64,000 nucleotides of DNA from positions 10,858-74,857 of the forward strand of contig CAYYFR010000005.1 in NCBI GenBank assembly GCA_964470865.1, written 5' to 3'. The position numbers and the translations under genes are program-made. Position 1 is the first letter of the stretch. The number at the start of each line of letters is the position of its first letter. This document shows positions 45,697 to 56,837 of this stretch, one piece after another. The notes beneath the pieces were generated by a model, which worked only from the letters and a program-made list of their open reading frames with translations, was not told the DNA's origin and ran no database searches. This stretch comes from an uncultured Burkholderiales bacterium. Its GTDB lineage: Bacteria; Pseudomonadota; Gammaproteobacteria; Burkholderiales; JAEUOS01.

Positions 45697-47088
45697 TCAG
45701 GGCCGGTTGACAACCTGCAAGACCCCGGCTACGGTCAGAAATGAACCGAACACCACGATTCTATCATTCTCGGCAGCGCTCTCCCGCGCCGCCGCATAGG
45801 CCGCCTGCGGATTTGCGTGCTCGAAAACCTCGCCGCCCACCTGTTCGGTCGCCAAAATTTGCCGCAATCGATGTGCCGGCAGTCCGCGTGGCCCGGTCAG
45901 GTCGGTCAGATGCCAGACATCGATCTTTCCGCGCAACAAGCGCACCACGCCAGCGACATCCTTGTCGGCCAGCATGCCGAATACCGCGTGCGTGTAGGAG
46001 GCAAAGCCGATGTTCGACAGGTTCTCCGCCAGCACCGCGGCGGCATGCGGGTTATGTGCGACATCGAGCACCACGACGGGGCGGCCCGGCAAGAGCTGGA
46101 AGCGGCCCGGCAACTCGACGCCGATCAGGCCCTCGCGGATGGCCTGCATCGACACCGGCAGGTGCGGGCGCAGTGTCTCAAGCGCCGCCATTGCCGCCGA
46201 GGCATTGAGCAACTGGTTGGCTCCGCGCAGCGCCGGATACGACAGGCCGTTGCGCGTCACCGGGCCGCCACCGGCATGGAACCAGAATTTCCACTGTTGA
46301 ACCTGTGCATCATGCTGCCCGGCAAACCCGAAATCGACACCAAAGCGCAAGAGGCGTGCGCCAATGCCGGACGCCACTTCGCCCACGCTGGCGGGGGGTT
46401 GCGGATCGGCACAGATCGCCGGGCGGCCGGCCCGGAAGATATGCGCCTTCTCCCAGCCGATCTGCTCGCGCGTATCGCCCAGGTACTCCTGGTGGTCAAG
46501 GTCGACGCTGGTGAGGATCGCACAGTCGGCATCGATGATGTTGACCGCATCCAGGCGCCCGCCCAATCCCACTTCGAGCACCGCGCAATCGAGATGCGCT
46601 GCGGCGAACAGCGCGAACACCGCCAGCGTGGTGAATTCGAAATAGGTGAGTTCCACGGCCGCGTCGCGCGAACGCGCCGTCTCGACCTGCGCGAACGCAC
46701 CAGTCAGCGCAGCGTCGCTGACTTCAACCCCGGCGATGCGCGCGCGTTCGTTGAATCGCAGGAGGTGCGGCGAGGTGTACAGCCCGGTGCGGTAGCCGCC
46801 GGCGCGCAGGATCGCGTCGAGCATGGCGCAGGTCGACCCCTTGCCGTTGGTGCCGCCGACAACTATGGTCACGCATCCGAGCGCAAGACCCATGCGTCGC
46901 CACACCTGAGCCACCCGCTCAAGGCCGAGTTCGATGCCGCGCGGATGCAGTCGCTCGATGTAGGCGAGCCACGCAGCCAGCGCGGCGTCGGCATCAGGCG
47001 CCGGAGTCGGGGATTGTGGCGTAAGCGGAAGCACGGGGAAGAGCACGAGACACCGAATTCGCGGCCGGCGCAGTGCCAACACGTGCAA
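45697..47088 (-). CDS. folC: Bifunctional folylpolyglutamate synthase / dihydrofolate synthase
   Basis: P-loop VGGTNGKGSTCAML with a Mur-ligase-like body. Start uncertain: 47088, or in-frame GTG 47034. Confidence 0.85.
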   Translation of the reverse strand: MHVLALRRPRIRCLVLFPVLPLTPQSPTPAPDADAALAAWLAYIERLHPRGIELGLERVAQVWRRMGLALGCVTIVVGGTNGKGSTCAMLDAILRAGGYRTGLYTSPHLLRFNERARIAGVEVSDAALTGAFAQVETARSRDAAVELTYFEFTTLAVFALFAAAHLDCAVLEVGLGGRLDAVNIIDADCAILTSVDLDHQEYLGDTREQIGWEKAHIFRAGRPAICADPQPPASVGEVASGIGARLLRFGVDFGFAGQHDAQVQQWKFWFHAGGGPVTRNGLSYPALRGANQLLNASAAMAALETLRPHLPVSMQAIREGLIGVELPGRFQLLPGRPVVVLDVAHNPHAAAVLAENLSNIGFASYTHAVFGMLADKDVAGVVRLLRGKIDVWHLTDLTGPRGLPAHRLRQILATEQVGGEVFEHANPQAAYAAARESAAENDRIVVFGSFLTVAGVLQVVNRP

Positions 47089-47260
47089 TCATTATCCCGC
47101 AAGTGGCAGCCATTGCGACAGACTGGAACCGCAGCGTCGCCGGTAGCATGAGCGATGCATGCCAACTTGAGACGAGCGCCCGTGCAAATTCACTGGCGCA
47201 GCTGCAGCCTTTCCGGGCAAGCCGACCCGCCCGCCCAAGCACCGCGACTGGTGCGCCATT

Positions 47261-47632
47261 TCAGGCGCTTGTGGCAATGTGGCCGCGCCGCTCGCGCGCA
47301 GCCTGACACACCACACAGGTAAGTGCGGCGGGCTGGGCCAGCAGGCGCGCGGCGGGAATATGCGCGCCGCAGTCGGCGCATACCCCATAATTTCCATCGG
47401 CGATGCGCAGCATCACCTGTTCGATACCACGCAACTCGAAGATATCGCGCCGCGCCTCGGCGTACTCCACGCCTGCTTCGGCGAATGCCGCACCGGCATC
47501 ACTCCATTGATGGTCGGTGGCCAACACGGAATCCGCAGCTTCACCAATCTTGCCGCGGATTTGCTCCCGCAAGTCTTCCGCCCGTGCCGCCAAGTGGCGG
47601 GAAATTGCATCTAGCTGCTGCGCCTCAAGCAT
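47261..47632 (-). CDS. TraR/DksA-family C4 zinc-finger protein
   Basis: ORF 47261-47713, trimmed to MLEAQQL (47632). C-terminal CADCGAHIP-x14-CVVC zinc finger. Confidence 0.8.
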   Translation of the reverse strand: MLEAQQLDAISRHLAARAEDLREQIRGKIGEAADSVLATDHQWSDAGAAFAEAGVEYAEARRDIFELRGIEQVMLRIADGNYGVCADCGAHIPAARLLAQPAALTCVVCQAARERRGHIATSA

Positions 47633-47778
47633 TGCCTTGCTCCAATCAGTGTTCTGCCATAGTGGAACATTAACGACGTCAAGCAAGCACGGATTGACAC
47701 ATGTCAAAGACACGTGTCATTGCGGTGCAGCGCAGGTCGCGTATGCGAAGCCGTGGCGAGCGCAGCAGCCCTCGAACG

Positions 47779-48657
47779 TCAGGCCGGCGCCACCGCTTCG
47801 GCGGGCAAGTCCTGCAACAGCGCCAGCAGATGGGCCAGCTTGGGCGTGAGCTCGCGGCGATCAACGATCATGTCGATCGCACCTTTCTCCAGCAGAAACT
47901 CGGAGCGCTGAAAACCCTCCGGCAGCTTTTCGCGCACGGTCTGCTCGATCACGCGCGGCCCGGCGAAACCGATCAGCGCCCCGGGTTCGGCGATCACCAC
48001 GTCGCCAATGAACGCGAAGCTGGCGGAAACACCGCCCATGGTGGGGTCGGTCAGCACCGAAATGAAAGGCAGTTTGCGCGCCGACAAACGTGTCAGCGCA
48101 GCGGTAGTCTTGGCCATCTGGAACAGCGAAAACAAGCCTTCCTGCATGCGCGCACCACCGCTGGCGGCAAAGCAGATGAACGGCAGTTTCTGTTCCACCG
48201 CGCAATCGACCCCGCGCACAAAACGCTCACCCACCACCGAGCCCATCGAACCGCCCATGAAGCCGAACTCGAACGCGGCGGCGATCACCGGCAAAGTCCT
48301 GATCGCCCCCTGCATCACCACCAGCGCATCGGTCTCGCCAGTGACCTCGATCGCCTCCTTTAGCCGCTCGGGGTATTTGCGGCTATCCTTGAATTTCAGG
48401 CTGTCCAGCGCTCGCACTTCAGGTCCGATCTCGAAACGCCCTTGCGCGTCAAGCAGGCGATCGAGCCGCTCGCGTGCACCGATCCGGTGGTGATGGCCGC
48501 ACTTGGGACAGACCTGGGCGTTGTTGCTCAAATCGACGGCATACAGCGTCGCCTCGCAAGCGGGGCATTTGACCCAGATGCCTTCGGGCACGCTTTTCTT
48601 GGGCCCGCCGTCGGCGCGGTTCATTTTCGGCGGCAGCAGCTTGTCGATCCAGCTCAT
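47779..48657 (-). CDS. accD: Acetyl-CoA carboxylase carboxyltransferase subunit beta
   Basis: N-terminal zinc ribbon CPACEATLY...CPKCGHH. Carboxyltransferase body [10 protein letters not shown] and SGGARMQEG. Confidence 0.95.
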   Translation of the reverse strand: MSWIDKLLPPKMNRADGGPKKSVPEGIWVKCPACEATLYAVDLSNNAQVCPKCGHHHRIGARERLDRLLDAQGRFEIGPEVRALDSLKFKDSRKYPERLKEAIEVTGETDALVVMQGAIRTLPVIAAAFEFGFMGGSMGSVVGERFVRGVDCAVEQKLPFICFAASGGARMQEGLFSLFQMAKTTAALTRLSARKLPFISVLTDPTMGGVSASFAFIGDVVIAEPGALIGFAGPRVIEQTVREKLPEGFQRSEFLLEKGAIDMIVDRRELTPKLAHLLALLQDLPAEAVAPA

Positions 48658-48795
48658 GTTCGCTCCCCATTGATGAGTAATGCGGAAACAGCGGCAACGC
48701 GCTGCGCAGCCAACGTGCTCAGGTACGCAAGAGAATCCAGCGTCACCGTTCGCATCCGTCCACTTGGTAGCGCCGACATCGCCCCAGCTTGACTA

Positions 48796-49602
48796 CTAAG
48801 CCCCTGCCTGGTCCATCGCGGCACGGATGCCGGACATGAAGCGACGCACGTTCTCGACTTCGCTGCCGGGCGCGGAGGTCTCGATCTCCTGGATGATGCG
48901 ACTGCCGATCACCACCGCGTCGGCAACCGCGGCGATGGCTTTGGCGCTGGCGCCGTCGCGAATGCCGAACCCTACGCCGACCGGGACCGAGACGCGGGCC
49001 TTGATCTGCGGAATCCGCCGCGCCACTTCGCTCACGTCCAGCGTGGCCGACCCGGTGACCCCCTTGAGCGAGACATAGTAGATGTAACCCGAAGCGACAC
49101 GCGCAACAGCGTCGATGCGCGCTTCGGTGGAGGTCGGCGCGAGCAGGAAGATCGGGTCGAGGCCATTGCCGCGCATGGAGGCGGCGAAGGCTGCGCATTC
49201 TTCCGGCGGATAGTCCACCACCAGCACGCCATCGACTCCGGCGGCCTTGGCGCGTGCGGCGAACACATCCACACCCATGTGCTCGAGCGGATTGGCGTAC
49301 CCCATGAGCACCACCGGCGTCCGCTCGTCGGTCGCGCGGAACTCGACCACCATGTCAAGCACGCCGGCCAACGAGACGCCATGCCTGAGCGCGCGCTCGG
49401 AGGCGCGCTGGATCACCGGGCCATCTGCCATCGGATCGGAGAACGGCACCCCGAGTTCGACAACATCGGATCCCGCATCGACTAAGGCATGCATCAGCGG
49501 CACAGTCAACGCGGGATACGGATCACCCGCACAAATATACGGAATCAGCGCCTTGCGGCCGCGTGCCGCGACCGCAGCCAGTACTTCCTTGATGCGTGAC
49601 AT
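48796..49602 (-). CDS. trpA: Tryptophan synthase alpha chain
   Basis: [17 protein letters not shown]; YANP; GFGI motifs. Directly downstream of trpB. Confidence 0.95.
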   Translation of the reverse strand: MSRIKEVLAAVAARGRKALIPYICAGDPYPALTVPLMHALVDAGSDVVELGVPFSDPMADGPVIQRASERALRHGVSLAGVLDMVVEFRATDERTPVVLMGYANPLEHMGVDVFAARAKAAGVDGVLVVDYPPEECAAFAASMRGNGLDPIFLLAPTSTEARIDAVARVASGYIYYVSLKGVTGSATLDVSEVARRIPQIKARVSVPVGVGFGIRDGASAKAIAAVADAVVIGSRIIQEIETSAPGSEVENVRRFMSGIRAAMDQAGA

Positions 49603-49611
49603 GGGCGCTTT

Positions 49612-50841
49612 CTAGAAATTCAAGCCGGAGCGCTCGGCCACCGTATGCATGTCCTTGTCGCCACGGCCGGACAGGTTCACCAGCAAGGCATGATCCTTGG
49701 GCATGGTCGGCGCCATCTTCATCGCCTGCGCCACTGCATGACTGGATTCGAGCGCGGGAATGATGCCCTCGATACGGCACAACTGGTGGAATGCATCGAG
49801 TGCCTCATCGTCGTTGACCGCCACATATTCGGCGCGGCCGATGTCCTTTAGCCAGGCATGTTCGGGACCGACGCCCGGGTAGTCGAGGCCGGCGGAAATC
49901 GAATGGGTTTCGATGATCTGGCCGTTTGCATCCTGCAGCAGGTAGGTACGATTGCCGTGCAGGACACCGGGCGTACCGGCTGACAGCGATGCCGCGTGCT
50001 TGCCACTGGCGATGCCGGAACCACCCGCTTCGCAACCGATAAGGCGCACTTCCCTGTGCCCGATATAGGGGTGAAAGATGCCCATGGCGTTGGAACCGCC
50101 GCCGACGCAGGCAAGGATAGCATCAGGCTGGCGGCCGATCAGTTCGGGCATCTGGGTCAGGCATTCCTTGCCGACCACCGAATTGAAATCACGCACCATC
50201 ATCGGGTAGGGATGCGGCCCGGCGACGGTGCCAATGATGTAGAAGGTATTTTCGACATTGGTGACCCAGTCGCGCATGGCCTCGTTGAGCGCATCTTTGA
50301 GGGTCTTGGAGCCGCTTTCGACCGGCACCACGGTGGCACCCAGGAGTTTCATGCGGTAGACGTTGGCCGCCTGCCGCTTGATGTCCTCGCTGCCCATGTA
50401 AACCACGCATTCGAGTCCGAAGCGCGCCGCCATGGTGGCGGTGGCTACACCGTGCTGGCCGGCGCCGGTCTCGGCGATCACCCGCGGCTTGCCCATGCGG
50501 CGGGCCAGCAGGGCTTGGCCCATCGTATTGTTCACCTTGTGCGCGCCGGTGTGGTTGAGGTCTTCGCGCTTGAGGTAGATCTGCGCCCCGCCCTGGATCG
50601 CCGACAGGCGCTTGGCATGGTAAATCGGGCTCGGCCGGCCCACATAGTGCTTGAGTTCGGATTCGAATTCGGCCATGAATTCGGGATCGGTGCGGTAATG
50701 CGCGTAGGTGCACTTGAGTTCGTCAAGCGCGTGCATCAGGGTTTCGGAGACAAAGATGCCGCCATAGGGCCCGAAGTGTCCGTTGGCGTCAGGCAGGTCG
50801 TAACCTGCCGCCGAGGCAGGGGGGAGATCGTTGATTTTCAT
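49612..50841 (-). CDS. trpB: Tryptophan synthase beta chain
   Basis: PLP-lysine motif [11 protein letters not shown]; [10 protein letters not shown]; GGGSNAMG. Confidence 0.95.
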   Translation of the reverse strand: MKINDLPPASAAGYDLPDANGHFGPYGGIFVSETLMHALDELKCTYAHYRTDPEFMAEFESELKHYVGRPSPIYHAKRLSAIQGGAQIYLKREDLNHTGAHKVNNTMGQALLARRMGKPRVIAETGAGQHGVATATMAARFGLECVVYMGSEDIKRQAANVYRMKLLGATVVPVESGSKTLKDALNEAMRDWVTNVENTFYIIGTVAGPHPYPMMVRDFNSVVGKECLTQMPELIGRQPDAILACVGGGSNAMGIFHPYIGHREVRLIGCEAGGSGIASGKHAASLSAGTPGVLHGNRTYLLQDANGQIIETHSISAGLDYPGVGPEHAWLKDIGRAEYVAVNDDEALDAFHQLCRIEGIIPALESSHAVAQAMKMAPTMPKDHALLVNLSGRGDKDMHTVAERSGLNF

Positions 50842-50842
50842 G

Positions 50843-51529
50843 TCAAGTGTCCTTGCGTGCGCCGTCGCCGGCTGCGAGTTGCTGGTCCGCCGCCCTGACC
50901 GCCGCCACGAAGGCGCGGATCAGGTTGGCATCCTTGATGCCACGGGCGACCTCGACACCACTGGAAACATCGACTCCCAATGGCGCCTGCCGAGATGCGC
51001 CCAAATGTCTAAGCGCAGCAATCCCTGCAGCGACATTTGCGGCATGCAACCCACCAGACAAAACGGCCCGAGCCGCGATTCTTGCCGGAATCAGAGACCA
51101 ATCGAACACCTCACCGCCGCCGCCATAGCCTGTAACGAATGCATCGAGCAGGATCGCGCGCGCAGATTTGAAATCGTCACCGTATTTTAGCAAATCCAGG
51201 TCCGGGTGCACCCTGGCAGCCTTGATGAATGGCAGCGCAAACCTGTTGCAGAAAGCGGCATCCTCATCGCCGTGGAACTGCAGCAACTGCAAGCGGGCCT
51301 GTGCTGCGGTGTCCCGCACCAGCGCGGCTTGGGCATTCACAAACAGGCCCACCGCGGTCACGAACGGCGGCATGCGCGAAATCAGGCGCGCGGCGGCGGC
51401 CGGTGTCACGTAGCGCGGACTGGGCGGATAGAACACGAATCCGATCGCATCCGCTCCGGCCTCCACGGCGGCGTCGACGTCGGCAGGACGCGTTACCCCG
51501 CATATCTTGATTCGGGTTCGGTCGCTCAT
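50843..51529 (-). CDS. trpF: Phosphoribosylanthranilate isomerase
   Basis: [24 protein letters not shown]. Position upstream of trpB. Confidence 0.9.
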   Translation of the reverse strand: MSDRTRIKICGVTRPADVDAAVEAGADAIGFVFYPPSPRYVTPAAAARLISRMPPFVTAVGLFVNAQAALVRDTAAQARLQLLQFHGDEDAAFCNRFALPFIKAARVHPDLDLLKYGDDFKSARAILLDAFVTGYGGGGEVFDWSLIPARIAARAVLSGGLHAANVAAGIAALRHLGASRQAPLGVDVSSGVEVARGIKDANLIRAFVAAVRAADQQLAAGDGARKDT

Positions 51530-52317
51530 GCGCTAGCGGCCATGAATGGGCGGCGCCCGCGCAATATCGGCAATTGCCAATGCGGCGCATAGTCAACCGC
51601 AGTCAGGTACAGGCCCTGGGGTGCGAAGGTCGGCGCCGCCAGGCTGCGATCGCGCGAGCGCAGCAGATCCCCGATCCAGTCAGGGTCGAACCTGCCCTTG
51701 CCGACGTAGACCAGGCAGCCAATGATGTTGCGGACCATATGATGCAAAAAAGCGTTCGCTTCGAGGCAAAAACGGATCATATCGCCATCGCGCTCAATCA
51801 CCAGGCAGCGCAGGTCACGTAGCGGTGATTTGGCCTGGCATTGAGACGAGCGGAAGGCGCTGAAGTCATGCGTTCCCACCAGGTGGACGGCCGCAGCGCG
51901 CATGGCGGCAAGATCAAGGCGTGAAGGAAACCAGCCGCAGATTGCTGCCCCGAGCGCAGGGCGCACCGCGCGGTTGACAAGCAAATACTCGTAGTGGCGA
52001 CCCACAGCGCTGAAGCGGGCGTGGAAATCGTCAGGCACGACGTGTGCCCACAAAACGGCAATGCTGCCGGGCAAATGGGCATTGACGCCCCTGATCCAGG
52101 CGCTCGGCGGTCGTTGGGCCAGGGTGTCGAAGTGTGCCACCTGTCCCAATGCATGGACGCCTGTATCGGTACGGCCGGCACAAACCAGGCGGACCTTTGT
52201 GCTCGCTATACGCGCCACGGCCGCCTCGACTGTGTCCTGTACCGTGGGGCGCTGCGGTTGCGTCTGCCAGCCGCAGAACGGCGCACCGTCGTATTCAATC
52301 CCCATTGCTATACGCAA
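51526..52317 (-). CDS. truA: tRNA pseudouridine(38-40) synthase
   Basis: YDGAPFCGWQTQP and the catalytic GRTDTGVHA motif. Confidence 0.95.
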   Translation of the reverse strand: MRIAMGIEYDGAPFCGWQTQPQRPTVQDTVEAAVARIASTKVRLVCAGRTDTGVHALGQVAHFDTLAQRPPSAWIRGVNAHLPGSIAVLWAHVVPDDFHARFSAVGRHYEYLLVNRAVRPALGAAICGWFPSRLDLAAMRAAAVHLVGTHDFSAFRSSQCQAKSPLRDLRCLVIERDGDMIRFCLEANAFLHHMVRNIIGCLVYVGKGRFDPDWIGDLLRSRDRSLAAPTFAPQGLYLTAVDYAPHWQLPILRGRRPFMAASA

Positions 52318-52326
52318 GCTGACTCC

Positions 52327-52356
52327 AAAAAAAAACGGGCGGCCAGCCGGCCGCCC
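52327..52356 (-). terminator. Strong rho-independent terminator after fimV
   Basis: 8-bp stem GGGCGGCC/GGCCGCCC with a 4-nt loop, followed on the minus strand by nine T residues (52327-52335). Confidence 0.75.
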
Positions 52357-52378
52357 GCTGCCTCCACGCGCTGCTCTC

Positions 52379-55357
52379 TCAGCCGAGCGCGGATAGCAGG
52401 TTCTGCGCTTCCGCTTGCTGCGTCGCGCTGCCTTCTTTCAATACTTCCTGCAACAATTCCCTGGCACCTTCCTTGTCGCCCATATCCTGATAGGCCTTGG
52501 CGAGGTCAAGCTTGGTGGCAGCGTCGTCCACGGGCCCTTCGTTACCGGGAGCGGCTTGGGCGTCGACCGGCAAATCCAGGTTGATGCCCGAAAGGTCGAA
52601 GTCCATCATATTGCCGGCTGCAGCAGTCGATGCTGCTGCGCCACTCGACGCCGGCGCATCTGCGCCCAGATCAAAGTCAAAATCGATCGTCGGCGAAGGC
52701 AACTCCGGCGGCCGTACATCCGCCAGCGGTTGGGTCTCGTCCATCGAGTGATCAAGAGCATCGCCTGAAAGTGCCTGCGGGGCGTCCATGATCAGGGTTC
52801 CGCCAGGCGCGAAGTCGGTCACCGGCGTGACCGCAGGGGCGGCCACCGGCACGGGATCGGACCCGCCGATGTCGAAATCCAGGCTCATGCCCAGATCGCC
52901 TTCCGGCGCTGCCGCGCCGATATCAAGTTCAAAGTCAGGGGTGCTTGTAGTAAAGGCAAGCGGCTGCGTCACCGCCCCACCGAGGTCGAAATCGACGTCG
53001 ACGGACGGCGCCGCAGCCTGCACCGGAGCGAGTGACAGCGTCTTGGTCATGCTGTCAGGCGCAACCGCAGCGGCACCAGGAAAGGCCGCCATTTGCATGG
53101 TCGATTCCATGTCCGCTGGCGCCGATGCGGCCGCCGCCGCCGCCAACGTACCTGCACCGAGAGTCACTGTCGATGTCACCGCAGAACCGGCGGGCGATTT
53201 GCCTGCGCCGGAGGCGCTGAACAAAGGGTTGCCCGGCATCAGGGCGCGCCCGAGTTCGGCAGCACGGGCCCAATGTTCGCCCTGCCCGCCGGTGGCAGCG
53301 TGCAAATCCCTGGCATGGCTTTCGAACGAAGCCGCATCGGCACGCTGGCTGTAGATTTCCATCAGTTTGGTGCGAACGGCGTGCCGCGCCGGATCTTTCT
53401 GCAGCGCCTCCTTCAAAATTTCCTCGGCCTGGGCGTCACGCCCATAAGCCATGTAAACATCTGCTTCGGCAACCGGGTCGACCTCGTCGGCATCGATGGA
53501 GCCACTGCTGACCTGACTGAAATCGCTCTGGAACGAGCTGTTGCCGGTATCCACACTCTGACCACCGGTGTTGCCAAATACCGAATTGGCTTTGAGGTCG
53601 CCGCCGGTGATGATGCTGTTCTCGAACTTCTCGACCTTGCGCTTGCGGCGCACGGCGTAGGCAGCATAGCCTCCCAGTAGCGCAAGTACGCCAGCGCCGC
53701 CGGCGAGATACGCAGGGTTGTCGAGGAACTCGTCCATCAGGCTCGGCTCGGGCGGCGGCGGAGGCGGTGGCGCCATGGCCTTCTTGGGCGGTGCCTTGGC
53801 CGCATCTGCGGGCGCTGGCGTTGTCGCCTGGGCGGGGTCCGCGGCCTTCGGTGCGTCCGTAGGCTTGGGCGCCTCTGCCACCACCGGCGGCGCGTCAGCC
53901 GCTTTCGGTGCATCTGCAGGCTTGGGTGCATCGGCGGTTTTGGGCGCGTCCGCAGCCTTGGGCGGCTCCGCTGCCTTCGCAGCTTCAGCAGCCTTCATTG
54001 GTTCGGGCGCCTTCGGTGGTTCTGCTGCCTTGGGAGGCTCTGGCGCCTTTGCCGGCTCGACCGCTTTGGGAGGCTCCGGTTTGGCCGGCGGGGTCGCCGC
54101 CGCCATCTTTGGTGCTTCAGCCTTGGGCACATCGGCTTTTGGCGCCGGCGCGGCCGGGGCTGCGGCCTTGGCTTGCGCCTGTTTCTGCATATCCGCAAGT
54201 TGCTGGTTTTTCACTTCCGCCAGTTTCTGCAGATCCTTGACATTCTTTTCGAGTTCGGCCTCACGGGCTTTCGCGTCCTTGAGAGCCCGCTCCTTGGCGA
54301 CCTTGTCTTCCTCGGGAGCCTTGGGTTTGCCTTTGCCGCCATCCTTCGCGGCGCCCGGGTCCGCCTTCGACAACTTCAGTTGATCCTTGGCATCGCCTTT
54401 CTGCGCCTTGTCTTCAACTTTTGCGGTGATGCGGCCTTGCGCAGCCTGCTTGGGCGCATCGGCCTTGGCTGCAGGCGCTGCCTGCACGTTGCCTGCGAGC
54501 TTGTCTTGATACGCGCGCCAATCCGCCGCTTGCGCGGTGACCACCCGCCGCGCATCATTCTGGGCCACGCCGGCCGCATTGTCCTTGTCCGGCAAATTCA
54601 GAATCACGCCGCTTTTCATGCGGTTGATATTGCCGCCGACAAACGCATCCGGATTGCTGCGCTGGATCGCCACCAGCATTTGCTCCAGAGTGACGCCCTC
54701 AGGCTTGGACTGGCGGGCAATCTTGCCCAGGGTATCGCCCCTCTTGACTTCGTAGCTGCCGGCAACCTTGGGGGCAGCTTCGGGTTTGGCCGCAGGCGCC
54801 GGCTTGGCCGCCGGTGGCGCTGGCTTGACTGCAGGCGCAACGGCAATTGGCGCACGGGCAGCGGGTGCTTCAACCATACGCGGAGCTTCTACAGGCGCTA
54901 CCGGCTTGGGCTCGGCGGTGGCAACTTGCGGCACCATCGGCTTCATGTCGGCCGGATCGAGCAGGAAGGTGTATTCGCGGATTAGCCGCCCGGTAGCCCA
55001 GTTCAACTCGACGAGCATGTCGAGGAACGGTTCGTTGATCGGCTGGCTGGAGACGAGGTTGATGAAAAATTGGCCGGATGGGCGTCGCGCGACGCTGAAC
55101 CGGATGCCGAGCAGCGCCGGGTTGTAGTCGATACCGGCCTGCCGGAATGCATCGGGCGAAGCCAGGCGCGACGTCAGGCTGGTCGCCTCCTCGCGCGTAA
55201 CGGCCGTCAAGTCAATCTCGGCCCGCAGCGGTTGGCCAAGCGCCGATGTAACGGTCAGCTTGCCAAGGCCTGCAGCACCGACGGGCGCTGTCAACGCCAA
55301 GCCCGCGAGAGCCAACGCGGCGGCAACAACGATCTTCTTGAGTTTGTGTTGTCTCAC
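52379..55357 (-). CDS. fimV: FimV/HubP-family polar landmark protein
   Basis: Signal/TM N-terminus; FimV N-domain (LTVTSALGQPLRAEIDL); LysM (YEVKRGDTLGKIARQ); long Ala/Pro/Lys low-complexity linker; TM segment; acidic repeats; C-terminal motif KLDLAKAYQDMGDKEGARELLQEVL. Confidence 0.85.
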   Translation of the reverse strand: MRQHKLKKIVVAAALALAGLALTAPVGAAGLGKLTVTSALGQPLRAEIDLTAVTREEATSLTSRLASPDAFRQAGIDYNPALLGIRFSVARRPSGQFFINLVSSQPINEPFLDMLVELNWATGRLIREYTFLLDPADMKPMVPQVATAEPKPVAPVEAPRMVEAPAARAPIAVAPAVKPAPPAAKPAPAAKPEAAPKVAGSYEVKRGDTLGKIARQSKPEGVTLEQMLVAIQRSNPDAFVGGNINRMKSGVILNLPDKDNAAGVAQNDARRVVTAQAADWRAYQDKLAGNVQAAPAAKADAPKQAAQGRITAKVEDKAQKGDAKDQLKLSKADPGAAKDGGKGKPKAPEEDKVAKERALKDAKAREAELEKNVKDLQKLAEVKNQQLADMQKQAQAKAAAPAAPAPKADVPKAEAPKMAAATPPAKPEPPKAVEPAKAPEPPKAAEPPKAPEPMKAAEAAKAAEPPKAADAPKTADAPKPADAPKAADAPPVVAEAPKPTDAPKAADPAQATTPAPADAAKAPPKKAMAPPPPPPPEPSLMDEFLDNPAYLAGGAGVLALLGGYAAYAVRRKRKVEKFENSIITGGDLKANSVFGNTGGQSVDTGNSSFQSDFSQVSSGSIDADEVDPVAEADVYMAYGRDAQAEEILKEALQKDPARHAVRTKLMEIYSQRADAASFESHARDLHAATGGQGEHWARAAELGRALMPGNPLFSASGAGKSPAGSAVTSTVTLGAGTLAAAAAASAPADMESTMQMAAFPGAAAVAPDSMTKTLSLAPVQAAAPSVDVDFDLGGAVTQPLAFTTSTPDFELDIGAAAPEGDLGMSLDFDIGGSDPVPVAAPAVTPVTDFAPGGTLIMDAPQALSGDALDHSMDETQPLADVRPPELPSPTIDFDFDLGADAPASSGAAASTAAAGNMMDFDLSGINLDLPVDAQAAPGNEGPVDDAATKLDLAKAYQDMGDKEGARELLQEVLKEGSATQQAEAQNLLSALG

Positions 55358-55425
55358 AATGTGTAACCCCCGGCTCCCGCATGAATCTTTGGGCGGCCCT
55401 AAACGAAGACTTCAACCCCGATCGT

Positions 55426-55464
55426 CGACCTACTGGGCGACCTACTGGGCGACCTACTGGGCGA
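55426..55464. repeat. Perfect tandem repeat, 12-bp unit CGACCTACTGGG x 3.25
   Basis: Read directly from the sequence. Intergenic, 69-107 bp upstream of the fimV start. Flanked by CGATCGT / CGATCGACG. Confidence 0.95.
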
Positions 55465-55532
55465 TCGACGATGCTGATAACAGGGGCAAAAAGCCCAAGA
55501 TAACGGTTTTCCCCAGATTATGAAGTTAACAT

Positions 55533-55558
55533 CAAAAGGTTAGCGATGCAAGCTAACC
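55533..55558 (-). terminator. Rho-independent terminator after asd
   Basis: Stem GGTTAGC/GCTAACC (55538-55544 / 55552-55558) with a 7-nt loop, then TTTTGAT on the minus strand. Confidence 0.6.
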
Positions 55559-55641
55559 CTTGACTTGAAGTGTGACGTGTGCCACGACTGATGCACGCCT
55601 GTTGGGTCGGCGCAACGCCACCTTGCGAACAGCCCCGTGAA

Positions 55642-56757
55642 TCAGCGGTCAAGCACAATCCTCAGCATGCGCCGCAAAGGCTCGGCCGCGCCCCACAACA
55701 ACTGGTCGCCAACGGTAAAAGCAGAAAGGTATTGCGGCCCCATCGACAACTTGCGCAAGCGGCCCACCGGAATACCAAGGGTGCCGTTGACCGCTGCCGG
55801 TGAAAGCGCCTTTACAGTTTCTTCGCGCCGGTTGGGAACGACACGCGCCCATGGGTTGGCGGCCGCCAGCATGCCTTCAACCTCGTCTAACGGCACATCG
55901 CGCTTGAGCTTGATGGTCAGGGCCTGCGAATGGCAGCGCATGGCGCCGATGCGCACGCATAGTCCATCGATCGGAACCGGATTCGCGGAGCGCCCGAGAA
56001 TCTTGTTGCCTTCGGCACCGGCCTTCCATTCTTCGCGGCTCATGCCGTTGCCCAAATCACGGTCGATCCAGGCGATCAGGCTGCCTGCAAGTGGCGCACC
56101 GATCTCCCTGGCGGGGAAGGCGGGGGCACGCAGCAGTGCGGCAACCTCGCGGTCGATATCAAGAATCGCCGCAGCCGGATCATCGAGCATGGCCTTGGCA
56201 ACCTGATGCGCCGCACCCATTTGCACAAGCAACTCGCGCATGCTGGCCGCCCCCGCCCCGGAGGCCGCCTGATAGGTCATGGCGCTCAGCCATTCAATCA
56301 GATCCGCCTTGAACAGCCCGTCGAGCGCCATCAGCATCAGACTCACGGTGCAGTTGCCGCCGATGAAGTCACGCATACCGGCCGACAGGCCATTCTTGAT
56401 GACCTCCATGTTGACCGGGTCAAGGATGATGATGGCGTCGTCCTGCATGCGCAACGCCGAGGCTGCGTCAATCCAGTAGCCGCGCCAGCCGGCGGCGCGC
56501 AGCTTCGGGTAGATCTCGCCGGTCCAGTCGCCTCCCTGGCAGGTCAGGATGATGTCCATCGCCTTGAGGGCCTCGATGCTGCCCGCATCGTGCAGCTTGC
56601 CAGTGCCCTTGCCTGCCACTGCCGGGCCATCGGCACCGACGGCGGATGTCGAGAAGAAATACGCTTCGATGTGGGCAAAATCCCCTTCGTCCTGCATGCG
56701 CTGCATCAGCACCGAGCCCACCATGCCGCGCCATCCGACCAAGCCTACTTTTTGCAT
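55642..56757 (-). CDS. asd: Aspartate-semialdehyde dehydrogenase
   Basis: ORF 55642-57351, trimmed to [21 protein letters not shown] (56757). Active-site [13 protein letters not shown]. Confidence 0.95.
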   Translation of the reverse strand: MQKVGLVGWRGMVGSVLMQRMQDEGDFAHIEAYFFSTSAVGADGPAVAGKGTGKLHDAGSIEALKAMDIILTCQGGDWTGEIYPKLRAAGWRGYWIDAASALRMQDDAIIILDPVNMEVIKNGLSAGMRDFIGGNCTVSLMLMALDGLFKADLIEWLSAMTYQAASGAGAASMRELLVQMGAAHQVAKAMLDDPAAAILDIDREVAALLRAPAFPAREIGAPLAGSLIAWIDRDLGNGMSREEWKAGAEGNKILGRSANPVPIDGLCVRIGAMRCHSQALTIKLKRDVPLDEVEGMLAAANPWARVVPNRREETVKALSPAAVNGTLGIPVGRLRKLSMGPQYLSAFTVGDQLLWGAAEPLRRMLRIVLDR

Positions 56758-56837
56758 GTCCTGCCTCACTTGCTGGTTGTCAATCCATCCCGGCCCGGCC
56801 GTCAGCGGCCGTAAACCCTGACAACCGAAACGCTGTG

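Noticed and set aside
47104-47116. TGGCAG...TTGCG sigma54-like string upstream of folC
   Set aside because: The GG-to-GC spacing is 8 nt rather than 10, and it lies on the plus strand where no gene follows.
53718-54383. 221-aa Gly/Ala/Ser-rich plus-strand ORF
   Set aside because: It is the antisense reading of the FimV Ala/Pro/Lys linker repeats, so it is a compositional artefact.
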